Counted from the stretch's first letter, positions 13,549 through 22,984 are shown. The stretch: 64,000 nucleotides of DNA from Fimbriimonadia bacterium (GCA_041483895.1 JBGPGO010000005.1:32001-96000), one strand, 5' to 3'. The notes: generated by a model from the sequence alone, not told the origin. A program made the numbers and translations.

Positions 13549-14694
13549 CTACGGCGGGTTATCCGCGGGCCGGAGGAGTTGTTCCGGTTCCGTTTCTGTG
13601 TTTGACGCTGCCCGAAGAAGCAATGCTTCGTCCTCAGAGGAAGAGGCCCGGAGGAGAGTGGCGCGATCTTCGGCCCGGCGGCGATTCTCTTGCACGGCGG
13701 CCAGGGCGGCCTCGGCAGCGTCGATAACAGCGGATCCAGGTTCGGCCAGCAGCGCGATGGCCTCTACCGCTTTCTGCGTTGAGAGAAATGATGCGGCATG
13801 CAATGCGGCGATGACGAGCTTTTCATCTTTGTCCCGAAGCAATCGCAGCAGGTTTGCCTGCTGATGCTCGTCCAAGACAGCGATATTCTCCTCTCCGGCG
13901 ACGGTAAGGATGTTGGGGAGGATTTGGATTGCCGTGGTTCGCGTCACGTTGTCCCCGGACGCCAACAACAGTGGACCAAGTGCCTTCGGATTATTGAAGA
14001 GAGCGATCGCACCTAAATGCTTTCGCCGGTCGCCACGCACAAGTACGGTAACGATCCAACCGCCACCGAACATGGCCAAGAACTGCACGCTGGTTCTGAA
14101 GATAGTCCATACCTCCGGTTCGAGCTTCCTTAGGTTTCCCGACAGCCGCCACCAGACCATCAAGAATAGGGCCATCCACATCAGGAAAATGAACCCTACT
14201 CTGGCTCTCTTCGCTAAACGTGCGGCGTTTTCAAGTCTTACGGTAGCACTCAGCAAGACGGCAAAGGCTTCCGGCGTGCCCACTTTAGCCAAGGTAGCCG
14301 CAGCGATCGCTTGCGCCTTCCGATCGCGGCCATTAAGAAGTCGCTGCAGTAACGGAATTGCTTCTTCTCCCATGGCCTCGAGCGCCATCCGCTCCCCACC
14401 ATCGCTGCTCCTTTTATCCGCCTCCAATCTGGCCATCAGAGCTTTCAAGTCCTCCTTTTCTTTGCGCTCTAACTCTTTGGCGTCAGTCACCAGGCGACGT
14501 CGATATATGCGGTGCTTGCAGTGGACGCATATCCAGGCGGGCAGTCCGATGGGTCGGTAATAGAAGACGGTCGAACTCTTCCAACCGCAGTTCGGGCATG
14601 CACGCTCCCAAGAGTCGTCCTCGGGCTCGGCCTCCTCTGAATCCAGTGGTGGTGTGTAGAATGGATCGTCTTGCCGTTTCCCATCCAAATCCAT
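13549..14694 (-). CDS. Membrane protein with N-terminal Zn-ribbon and HEAT-like repeats
   Basis: CPNC...CVHC, two TM segments and Ala/Leu-rich helical repeats (AIPLLQRLL, AVEAIALLA). Confidence 0.6.
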   Translation of the reverse strand: MDLDGKRQDDPFYTPPLDSEEAEPEDDSWERACPNCGWKSSTVFYYRPIGLPAWICVHCKHRIYRRRLVTDAKELERKEKEDLKALMARLEADKRSSDGGERMALEAMGEEAIPLLQRLLNGRDRKAQAIAAATLAKVGTPEAFAVLLSATVRLENAARLAKRARVGFIFLMWMALFLMVWWRLSGNLRKLEPEVWTIFRTSVQFLAMFGGGWIVTVLVRGDRRKHLGAIALFNNPKALGPLLLASGDNVTRTTAIQILPNILTVAGEENIAVLDEHQQANLLRLLRDKDEKLVIAALHAASFLSTQKAVEAIALLAEPGSAVIDAAEAALAAVQENRRRAEDRATLLRASSSEDEALLLRAASNTETEPEQLLRPADNPP

Positions 14695-14739
14695 ATCTCA
14701 ATTGTACAGCAGATTGCATCTCGCGGGTAGAGTTGGGGG

Positions 14740-16170
14740 GTGGAGTTTGGGATTTATGTTCACACGCCGTTCTGCCCCAGCAAGTGCGGGTACTGCGACT
14801 TCAACTCGTACGCCATGTCGGGGGAGATCATGGAGCGGTTCACCGAGGCGGTGATCCGGGAGATCCGGTCGTCGCCCTTTGCCGGGCGGCGGGCGGACAC
14901 CATCTTCTTCGGCGGCGGAACGCCGACGTTCTTGCCGCACGGGCACTTGGAGGCGATCCTCCTGGCGATCACTGATACCTTTCCCTTAACCCGCAACGCT
15001 GTCATTCCGAAGCGAAGCGAGGAATCCCTTTCTTCGGCGTTGGGATGCGGAGAGAGGGATTCCTCTGTCGCTTCGCTCCTTCGGAATGACACCAAAGAAA
15101 ACCCCCACCCCTTCGACAAGCTCAGGGCAGGCTCTAACCCTCCCCCTTACTCGTTCCTCGCAAGGGGGAGGGGACCAGACGATGCTGAAAACCGCTCCGA
15201 TGCGACCGGTCTCCTGACCGAGTCGCAAGTGTCCGCCGAGTCTCCTGACCGAAATCCGGAAAACCCCCACCCTAACCCTCCCCCTTACTCGTTCCTCACA
15301 AGGGGGAGGGGACTTGGGATCGAAGTCACCTCCGAGGCGAATCCGGGGACGGCGGATGCGGGGAAGTTTGCGGCCATGCGGCGGGCGGGGTTCAACCGCA
15401 TCTCTATCGGGGCGCAGAGTTTCGACGATGACGAATTGCACAGATTGGAGCGGGTGCACAAGGCCGACGAGATCGGTCGCGCGGGGCTGCTGGCGCGGGA
15501 GGCTGGGTTCGAGAACCTGAACCTAGACCTGATGTTCGCGCTACCGCTGCAGACGATGGAGCGTTGGCGGGAAAACCTGGAGCGCGCCATCGCGTTGGCG
15601 CCGGAGCATCTATCGCTCTACTGCCTCACCATCGAGCCGGGGACCAAATTTCACACACTGCGCCAAAAGGGCGAGCTGCCGCTGCCGGACGACGACGCCA
15701 CGATGGAGATGCTGTTGCTGGCGAAAGAGGTGGCGGAGGCGGCGGGGTACCGGCAATACGAGATTTCCAACTTCGCCAAGCCGGGATACGAGTGCCGGCA
15801 CAACCTGATCTATTGGCGAAACGAGGAATATTTGGGTTTCGGGCCGGGGGCGGTGTCGTTTGTTAGTGGCGAGCGGAGGATGAACACACGCCATCCGCGC
15901 AAGTACATTCAGTCCGGCGGAGTGTGTGAATCCGAGCGCGTTTCGGCGGAGGTTTCGTTTGGGGAGACGATGATGTTGGGGCTGCGGCTTAACGACGGGA
16001 TTGAACTGGCACGATTGGAGGCCCGGCATCCGGAGATGTTTGCGCAATTTCGTGCGGTGGCTGCCGAGTTGGTGGAGATGGGGTGGTTGAATTTGGATTG
16101 CTCGCGGATTTGGCTGACGGACGAGGGGCGGCTGTTTCATAATGAGGTAGCGATGCGGTTTTTGCCGTAA
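14740..16170 (+). CDS. hemW: Radical SAM heme chaperone HemW with an in-frame ~107-aa repeat-derived insertion
   Basis: YVHTPFCPSKCGYCDFNS, TIFFGGGTP, EANP, FNRISIGAQSF, YEISNFA, HNLIYW. Confidence 0.92.
   Translation: MEFGIYVHTPFCPSKCGYCDFNSYAMSGEIMERFTEAVIREIRSSPFAGRRADTIFFGGGTPTFLPHGHLEAILLAITDTFPLTRNAVIPKRSEESLSSALGCGERDSSVASLLRNDTKENPHPFDKLRAGSNPPPYSFLARGRGPDDAENRSDATGLLTESQVSAESPDRNPENPHPNPPPYSFLTRGRGLGIEVTSEANPGTADAGKFAAMRRAGFNRISIGAQSFDDDELHRLERVHKADEIGRAGLLAREAGFENLNLDLMFALPLQTMERWRENLERAIALAPEHLSLYCLTIEPGTKFHTLRQKGELPLPDDDATMEMLLLAKEVAEAAGYRQYEISNFAKPGYECRHNLIYWRNEEYLGFGPGAVSFVSGERRMNTRHPRKYIQSGGVCESERVSAEVSFGETMMLGLRLNDGIELARLEARHPEMFAQFRAVAAELVEMGWLNLDCSRIWLTDEGRLFHNEVAMRFLP
15000..15313. 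repeat. Mosaic of palindromic repeats A, B (with nested F), C and B inside hemW
   Basis: A 15000-15091 (tgtcattccgaag...cttcggaatgaca); B 15097-15175 with a 24-nt insert at 15111-15134; C 15199-15229; B 15259-15313. Confidence 0.92.
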
Positions 16171-16233
16171 CGTGCCGGGGTCTAGGTGGTCGGCGCTCAT
16201 TCACATCGCGGTAGTAGTGAACCCCGGCACATC

Positions 16234-16302
16234 AAACCCCCACCCAACCCTCCCCCTTTTTCCGGATGAGGAAGGTCAATTGTTCCGGAAAAAGGGGGAG
16301 GG
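16234..16302. repeat. Intergenic repeat family B copy (hairpin)
   Basis: aaacccccacccaaccctccccctttttccgga...tccggaaaaagggggaggg, with the same leader and ccctccccc/gggggaggg stem as the coding copies. Confidence 0.8.
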
Positions 16303-16326
16303 CTCATTCCGGTCTACAATAGCCTT

Positions 16327-17697
16327 GTGCCAGAACTACACCACACAATTATCGAACCGTTCAAGATCAAGGTCGTGGAGCCGATACGGTTCACCACGCG
16401 TGAGGAGCGGGAAAGGCTGCTAAAGGCGGCGCACTACAACCCGTTCCTGCTGCACGCTGAGGACGTGATGTTCGATCTATTGACCGACAGCGGCACATCG
16501 GCTATGTCCGCGGCGCAGTGGGGCGCGATGATGGTGGCGGACGAGAGCTATGCCGGCAGCCGCAGCTACTACAAGTTCGAAACGGTCGTCAAAGAATTGA
16601 CGGGCTTCAAACACGTAATCCCCGTCCACCAAGGGCGGGCGGCGGAGCGCATCTTATTCGGACTGGTTGGCGGACCCGGCTTGACCATCCCCAATAATAA
16701 TCACTTCGACACCACCCGCGCCAACGTGGAGCATTCCGGCGCAACCGCCCTAGATCTGGTCATCCCTGAAGGCAAGGACCCGGCGAACACACATCCATTC
16801 AAGGGCAACATCGACCTGAACAAGCTGGAGGATCTGCTGAAGAGCGCCAAGGTGCCGCTCGGGATGCTCACCGTCACCAACAACACCGGCGGCGGACAAC
16901 CGGTTTCGATGGAGAACATCCGTCAAACGAGCCTACTACTTCGAAAACACGGCATCCCGTTCTTCCTGGATGCCTGCCGGTTTGCGGAAAATTCCTACTT
17001 CATCAAGAGCCGCGAGGCCGGTTATGCGGACAAGACCCCGCACGATATCGCGCAGGAGATGTTCTCCCATTGCGACGGCGCGACGATGAGCTGCAAGAAA
17101 GACGCGCTTTGCAACATCGGCGGGTTTTTGGCATGCAACAGCGACGAGTTGGCCGAAAAGGCGCGCAACGACCTGATTCTGACAGAGGGCTTCCCGACTT
17201 ACGGAGGCCTGGCAGCGCGGGACCTGGAGGCGATGGCGATCGGTCTCAAGGAGGTCTTGGATGAACGGTATCTTGAATATCGCATCGCGAGCACCCGGTA
17301 TTTCACGAAGAAGCTCAACGACGAGGGCATTCAGACCGTCCAGCCACCCGGCGGGCATGCCGTCTATATCGATGCGCGGGCGGCCCTGCCCCATATACCT
17401 ATCGAGCAATACCCCGGCCAAGCGCTCGTCTGCAGTCTTTACTTGGCCGGCGGCATCCGGTCAGTGGAGATCGGGAGCGTGATGTTTGGGCGTTCATCTG
17501 ACGGGAAGGAATCGTTTTCAGACATGGATTTGGTCCGCCTCGCGATACCGCGCCGCGTGTACACAGAGAGCCACGTGAAATATATGGCGGAGATGATTGT
17601 AGCGGCTGTGCGTGGTGGCGATGCCTTGCATGGCTTACGATTCACATATCAAGCGCCGGTTTTACGCCATTTTACCGCTCGCTTCGCGCCTGTTTAA
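16327..17697 (+). CDS. tnaA: Tryptophanase (beta-eliminating lyase)
   Basis: DLLTDSGT, HQGRAAE, MSCKKD (PLP Lys), EGFPTYGGLA, LRHFTARF. His in LRHF favours tryptophanase over tyrosine phenol-lyase. Confidence 0.88.
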   Translation: MPELHHTIIEPFKIKVVEPIRFTTREERERLLKAAHYNPFLLHAEDVMFDLLTDSGTSAMSAAQWGAMMVADESYAGSRSYYKFETVVKELTGFKHVIPVHQGRAAERILFGLVGGPGLTIPNNNHFDTTRANVEHSGATALDLVIPEGKDPANTHPFKGNIDLNKLEDLLKSAKVPLGMLTVTNNTGGGQPVSMENIRQTSLLLRKHGIPFFLDACRFAENSYFIKSREAGYADKTPHDIAQEMFSHCDGATMSCKKDALCNIGGFLACNSDELAEKARNDLILTEGFPTYGGLAARDLEAMAIGLKEVLDERYLEYRIASTRYFTKKLNDEGIQTVQPPGGHAVYIDARAALPHIPIEQYPGQALVCSLYLAGGIRSVEIGSVMFGRSSDGKESFSDMDLVRLAIPRRVYTESHVKYMAEMIVAAVRGGDALHGLRFTYQAPVLRHFTARFAPV

Positions 17698-17923
17698 CGT
17701 GGTTACCATCCTTATCCGGTATTTTTCGCGGCTTGCGGGAAAATACGCCTAAGGGAACCTAATTTGCCGTATACTTGTTGGAGTGATTTGGTGGGAATCT
17801 GGTGAGCGGGGGGCTTCTGCTAGCAGTTCTGCCAGGGTACCGGGCAAGTTCGTACCGGCGGTCGAGTCGAATTCGGGAATGTTTTTTTGCTCCTTGTCTG
17901 TTGAGCGAATCAGGAGGTTAGTA

Positions 17924-20900
17924 GTGAACATCAATGTTAATCGCATTTCTCTTATTGCAGCATCCTTTGTCTCTTTAGGCGCCGCGTGTTTTGCACAGGC
18001 GACATGGCCATTTGTGCCGAAAGACCAGTCGGCGACGGTGACCCTGACCCCGCCATCCATTATCGAAGACAACAAGGACGTCGCCAAGCGCAATCTACTT
18101 ACACCGATCTCCGTGACCTTTACTCACGAACCGCTCCCGATCGATCATCGGGGCCCTGTTGAGAAGTTGTGGGGTTGGGTTGACATTCGTGACAACTACA
18201 ACGGCGATCCGGATGTCGGCATTGAGGGCGGCATCGGTTGGAACAGTCTCTCCGCTGGCAACATTTTTCCGCCGGACAATACCATGGCGGTCGGACCCAA
18301 CAACATCATCGCGGCGACGAACTCGGGCATGCGGTTTTATTCGAAAGCCGGTGCGCAGCAGTTCAACACGTCGTGGGGTACTTTCTTCTCCGGCATTCAG
18401 CCGGGCAGCACCTTCACCTCAGACCCGAAGGTCCTCTACGATGAGGGCAGCGGCCGTTGGTTCGTCCTGATTTTGGCCCTGAAGAGCAACTTGTATTCGT
18501 ACCACTTGATCGCGGTATCGGACGACAGCGATCCAAACGGAACATGGAAGAAGTATGTGCTCGATTCCACATTGAACGGTGCAGTGGCGAGCGGCTATTG
18601 GTCCGATTATCCCGGGCTTGGCGTCAGCCCGGAAGCAATCTATATCACTGGGAACATGTTCAACATTGCGACAGGGGGCTTCGGTTATGTCAAGCTCCGA
18701 ATTATTCCGAAGCAGCAGTTGTTGGACTTCGCGGCCTCCCTCACGTACTCCGATATTTGGAACATCAAGAATGCCGACAATAGTATCGCCAGTACCATTC
18801 AGCCGGCAAATACCTACGGAACCTCGCAGGCTCCGTTTCTAGCGAACGTGAATGGAAGTTCGAGGATTAACGTTTTTGGCGTCAATAACCCGTTGGGTTC
18901 GCCCACTTTGACAGTGAGAAATCTTCCCGTGACCAGTTTCGGAGCGGCCACCACCGCTCAACAACTCGGAGGCACAACCCGGCTTGATACAATTGACACC
19001 CGCGTCTATAACTCCGTCTGGCGCAACAACAAGATATGGTTTGGCCACACGATCAGCAGTTCGGGCGGGGCCGGAAGCCGATGGTATTCGGTTAACACCG
19101 GCAGTTGGCCCGGATCAATTTCGATGAGCAACACCGGCACGGCATCGGTCGCCAGCGTGTATCAATGGTTCCCATCCGTCGCCGTCAACACCGATGACAC
19201 GATGGTGATGGACTTCTCCCGAGCGAGCACAACGGAGTTCGCCTCCATCTACTATTCGTATCGATACGCTACGGACCCGGCAAACACGCTGACGGGGCCG
19301 ATTTCGGCTTTCGCAGGCACGCACTACTACACTGGCGAAGGCGGCACTCCCGTACGATGGGGAGATTACTCGACGACAATCGCGGATCCGGCCGATAAGA
19401 ACAACTTCTGGATGTTCAATGAATATTGCCTATCCGTAGGTTCAACTTGGGTCACGAGGGTTCAGTGCGTCGGTATCGCCGCTCCCGGCGCGCCGACAAC
19501 CATCGTCGCGGACGACAAAACTGGTCAAATCACTTCCACAGTGGTCCTTACGGCAACGCTGACCAAGACGAGCGACGGCAGCCTGCTCGGCGGGAAGACA
19601 ATCGCCTTCAAGGTGGCCGGCGTCTCCGTCGGCTCGGCGGTCACGAATGCAAGCGGCGTCGCGTCGCTCAACTATGTCATGCCTGAACCAGGCGGAACCG
19701 GCAACCAGGTAATCCAGGCTGATTTTGGTGGTGACGGAACCTGTGCCAACTCCACGGACACAGCGAACCTGACCGTCACGCCCGCCAACACTATTACAAC
19801 GGTTAACCCCGCCAGCGGCATGATTGGCCAGACCGTCGCACTGTCCGGAAACCTGAAGAGGGCCACGGATAATACCCCGCTGGGTAGTCGATCGTTAAGT
19901 TTCAAGGTCAGCGGCAATTTGGCAGGCAGCGGAGGTACTGACGGCAGTGGAAACGCTTCTGTGAACTATTACATCGGTGAAGGTGTCGGCGTTGGGAACA
20001 AGACACTCGATGCCAATTTCAATGGCGACGCTATCTACATTGCTTCTTCCGATACCGACGTGCTAACTGTCAATAAGGCAACGACGAGTTTGACGGTGCC
20101 AAACCAAGCCGGTGACTTCGCCGGTTCGGCAACATTGACGGCAACACTTAAGCGTACGACAGACAACGCAAACCTAGTGGGACGCACCGTTAGCTTCAAG
20201 ATCGATGGAGGTTCGGTTGGATCAGGGGTCACGAACGGCAGCGGCGTCGCTTCATATAATTACACGATTGTCGTCGGAGTCGGAGGGCATACAATTACCG
20301 CCGAGTTCGCGGGCGATGCGACCCATCTATCCACAAGCAACACGGGGACGTTGACGGTAAATCAAGCCAACACGGCGATCTCAGTCCTAGGTGTAACGGG
20401 CCAAATCGGTGAAACGGTGAGCTTGAGCGCGACTCTGAGCCGATCGACCGACGGAGCTCTCCTTAGCGGACAGACCGTAAGCTTCACGGTGGACGGCAAC
20501 GGTGCGGGTTCCGGGGTCACGAACGGCAGCGGCGTGGCCTCAGTCAACTACACGATCCCTGAATCCGGTGGGACCGGTGCTCACACCATAGGCGCCAGCT
20601 TTGCCGGAGACCCAAACCACAATGGCTCGTCCAACACGGGGACTCTGACGGTCAATAAGGCCAACACTGCGATCTTCGTCGCTGGCGCAGCAGGTCTAAT
20701 CGGTGAAACGGTGAGCCTGAGCGCGTTACTGAGCCGATCGACCGACGGAGCTCTCCTTAGCGGACAGACCGTAAGCTTCACGGTGGACGGCAACGGTGCG
20801 GGTTCCGGGGTCACGAACGGCAGCGGCGTGGCCTCAGTCAGCTACACGATCCCTGAATCCGGTGGGACCGGTGCTCACACGATAGGCGCCAGCTTCGCCG

Positions 20901-21679
20901 GAGACCCAAATCACAATGGCTCGTCCAATACGGGAACATTGACGGTCAACAAGGCGCCGACCGACCTATCTGTACCGAATCAGGCGGGAAGTACAGGTGG
21001 ATCGGTGAACTTGACCGCCACACTGTCTCGTACGACTGACGGCGCAAACTTGGCCGCTCGCAGTGTCGATTTCAAGATCGACGGCGGCTTGGTCGGTTCC
21101 GGTGTGACCAACGGTTCGGGTGTCGCGAGCTACAGCTACACGATTGTGGTGGGCGCAGGTTCTCACACGATTACCGCGGAGTTTGCCGGCGACTCGACCC
21201 ATCTGTCGACGAGTGGCACGGGCAACCTCGACGTGACCAATACGAACGCCACGGTGACCGGAAATGTGGAGCTGCAAAACCTCGCGATCAGCCCAGCGGG
21301 CTTCGCCGCGACGATTGAATTCCGCACGCCGAGCACTTTGACGGTGATCTACAGCGACACAATCACGCTGGACGGATCGGGCGACTATTCGGTGGCGAAC
21401 GTTCCGGCCGGCACGTACGATGTGGCCGTGAAATTCTCGAACTGGCTACGGCAGGTCCTGCCGAGCGTTGTGGTATCCACACCGACGACCGCAGGAGTGA
21501 ACTTCTCGCTGGTCAATGGGGACGCGGACGACAGCAACAGCGTAGATGTCAACGACCTGAACGAGATATTCGGCAACTTCACGCTGACTGGTGATGGGGA
21601 TATCGACTGGGACGGCATCGTTGCCCTTCCCGATCTCAATATCGTCATCGTCAATTTCGCCCAGATCGGGCAAGATTAG
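17924..21679 (+). CDS. Large secreted surface protein: N-terminal beta-propeller-like domain, about six Ig-like repeats, conserved dockerin-like C-terminal module
   Basis: GTG after CAGGAGG; signal peptide; PPD..AVGP, SDPKVLYD, DYPGLG, RWGDYS; ~95-98-aa repeats (TNGSGVAS..Y..H.I.A.FAGD); C-terminal NWLR..NGDADDSNSVDVNDLN. Confidence 0.85.
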   Translation: MNINVNRISLIAASFVSLGAACFAQATWPFVPKDQSATVTLTPPSIIEDNKDVAKRNLLTPISVTFTHEPLPIDHRGPVEKLWGWVDIRDNYNGDPDVGIEGGIGWNSLSAGNIFPPDNTMAVGPNNIIAATNSGMRFYSKAGAQQFNTSWGTFFSGIQPGSTFTSDPKVLYDEGSGRWFVLILALKSNLYSYHLIAVSDDSDPNGTWKKYVLDSTLNGAVASGYWSDYPGLGVSPEAIYITGNMFNIATGGFGYVKLRIIPKQQLLDFAASLTYSDIWNIKNADNSIASTIQPANTYGTSQAPFLANVNGSSRINVFGVNNPLGSPTLTVRNLPVTSFGAATTAQQLGGTTRLDTIDTRVYNSVWRNNKIWFGHTISSSGGAGSRWYSVNTGSWPGSISMSNTGTASVASVYQWFPSVAVNTDDTMVMDFSRASTTEFASIYYSYRYATDPANTLTGPISAFAGTHYYTGEGGTPVRWGDYSTTIADPADKNNFWMFNEYCLSVGSTWVTRVQCVGIAAPGAPTTIVADDKTGQITSTVVLTATLTKTSDGSLLGGKTIAFKVAGVSVGSAVTNASGVASLNYVMPEPGGTGNQVIQADFGGDGTCANSTDTANLTVTPANTITTVNPASGMIGQTVALSGNLKRATDNTPLGSRSLSFKVSGNLAGSGGTDGSGNASVNYYIGEGVGVGNKTLDANFNGDAIYIASSDTDVLTVNKATTSLTVPNQAGDFAGSATLTATLKRTTDNANLVGRTVSFKIDGGSVGSGVTNGSGVASYNYTIVVGVGGHTITAEFAGDATHLSTSNTGTLTVNQANTAISVLGVTGQIGETVSLSATLSRSTDGALLSGQTVSFTVDGNGAGSGVTNGSGVASVNYTIPESGGTGAHTIGASFAGDPNHNGSSNTGTLTVNKANTAIFVAGAAGLIGETVSLSALLSRSTDGALLSGQTVSFTVDGNGAGSGVTNGSGVASVSYTIPESGGTGAHTIGASFAGDPNHNGSSNTGTLTVNKAPTDLSVPNQAGSTGGSVNLTATLSRTTDGANLAARSVDFKIDGGLVGSGVTNGSGVASYSYTIVVGAGSHTITAEFAGDSTHLSTSGTGNLDVTNTNATVTGNVELQNLAISPAGFAATIEFRTPSTLTVIYSDTITLDGSGDYSVANVPAGTYDVAVKFSNWLRQVLPSVVVSTPTTAGVNFSLVNGDADDSNSVDVNDLNEIFGNFTLTGDGDIDWDGIVALPDLNIVIVNFAQIGQD
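20360..20950 (+). repeat. Near-identical 294-nt (98-aa) tandem duplication of an Ig-like domain
   Basis: cggtgaaacggtgagc at 20407 and 20701, followed by long identical stretches. Boundaries are approximate. Confidence 0.9.
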
Positions 21680-21704
21680 CGCCGGGTCAGACGAACTGAG
21701 CATC

Positions 21705-21737
21705 AACGGCTCCTGGGCACGGTGCCCAGGAGCCGTT
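21705..21737 (+). terminator. Perfect inverted repeat, probable terminator
   Basis: aacggctcctgggcac-g-gtgcccaggagccgtt, 25 nt after the stop; weak U tract. Confidence 0.6.
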
Positions 21738-21821
21738 CTCTCGTCCCGCCTGTTGGAACTAATCTTGACAGAAAACCGTTCCACCGGGTAAGCCAAACTA
21801 TTCTATTGCAGGGGGAACAAG

Positions 21822-22439
21822 ATGCCATTTGTCGAACTGACCGCGAAGCCGCTTCCGGAGAAGATATTCAAGACCGAAAGCAACGGGATTTCCCGAAAGA
21901 CCCACGAGGAGCATTTCAAGCTTTACACCGGATACGTCAATAAGACGAATGAAGTCCGCAAGGCGATCGCCGCGCTGACAGATGAGGACTTCGCCGCTGC
22001 CAATCAGAGCTATTCCAAAATACGTTCGCTCAAGACAGACCTGACGTTCGCCTTGGGCGGCGTGTACAACCATGAGCTGTATTTCGAGATCCTGGGGGGA
22101 GGCGGCGGACCGGCGGCCGGACCGGTCGCGCAGCTGATTTCCCGGGATTTTGGCTCATTCGAGAAGTACTCCCAGGACCTGAAGGCGACCGGCATCGCCG
22201 CGCGAGGTTGGGTCTGGACGGCGGTGAATCAGGCGACGGGCGAGCTGTTCAACTATCTTGGCGACGCGCAGAACACCTTCCCTGTCTGGGGCGCAACGCC
22301 CGTTTTGGCGCTGGACACGTATGAGCATGCCTACTATCTGGACTTCGCGACGGGACGAGCCGGGTACATCGATGCGTTCCTGAAGTCCATCGACTGGGAC
22401 GCGGTGAACCAAAGGCTGGCCAAAGCCCCCGGCAGGTAA
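21822..22439 (+). CDS. sod: Fe/Mn superoxide dismutase family protein
   Basis: H..H...Y..YVNKTN, NHELYF, DFGSFE, LALDTYEHAYYLD. Confidence 0.88.
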   Translation: MPFVELTAKPLPEKIFKTESNGISRKTHEEHFKLYTGYVNKTNEVRKAIAALTDEDFAAANQSYSKIRSLKTDLTFALGGVYNHELYFEILGGGGGPAAGPVAQLISRDFGSFEKYSQDLKATGIAARGWVWTAVNQATGELFNYLGDAQNTFPVWGATPVLALDTYEHAYYLDFATGRAGYIDAFLKSIDWDAVNQRLAKAPGR

Positions 22440-22566
22440 CGCTGCCTTCCCGGATCGCTGCCTTCCAGGCGACAGATTTCCTCGTAACGCTGCCTTCCAG
22501 GCGGCAATGCCGGCAGGATGCCGGGGCTCCCGGATTAGACTTATGCCGGCAGGATGCCAGCGTTAC
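22436..22566. repeat. Cluster of repeat family E (GTAACGCTG...) in direct and inverted orientation
   Basis: gtaacgctgccttcc at 22436 and 22484, cgctgccttccaggc at 22456, tgccggcaggatgcc twice, and an inverted end ccagcgttac at 22566. Confidence 0.82.
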
Positions 22567-22629
22567 TGGGGCCATTTGGCTTCCCACCGCAACATCCGGC
22601 GATGGGTGGCGTATAATATATGGTGAAAA

Positions 22630-22984
22630 GGGGGCGAACGGGTTCGACAGAATCGGTTTGCACCCAGGTTGCGAGCCGAGGCGCCGTTGGCCTCGTAAAA
22701 AAGCGGCAAAAACAGTAACTGCGAACAACAACTTCGCTTACGCTGCCTAATTAAGTGCAGCCGTTCCTTCGAGTCGGGCCGGTAGGCTCAAAAGGGGCGT
22801 GATCAAATCCGGCTAGTCTGACGGGCTTCTGTTCGTAGTACCGTCGGCCGAAACTAAACCGAACTGGCGCGAAGGCCGCCGAGCCTGTAGGCAAGTCCCG
22901 CGCAAGATAAAAATCAGGCTACGCTCGTAGAAGCTTGGGAGGCATCGGTTTTGGAAGGGGGTTCAATTCCCCCCGCCTCCACCA
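22630..22984 (+). ncRNA. ssrA: tmRNA; tag peptide (A)ANNNFAYAA*
   Basis: 5' GGGGGCGAACGGGTTCGAC, 3' GGTTCAATTCC...CGCCTCCACCA with a G3-U70 acceptor wobble; resume codon GCG at 22721, stop at 22748-22750; TATAAT at 22612. Confidence 0.96.

Noticed and set aside
15000..15321. Intein or self-splicing intron in hemW
   Set aside because: There are no intein terminal residues (C/S...HN-C/S/T) and no recognisable intron core. The insert resolves into short dispersed palindromes.
21822..22439. SOD as chrC of a chromate-resistance operon
   Set aside because: The chromate transporter genes are about 11 kb away in a different operon and there is no chrB.
22436..22566. CRISPR array
   Set aside because: Units are irregular, partly inverted and lack unique constant-length spacers; no cas genes are present.
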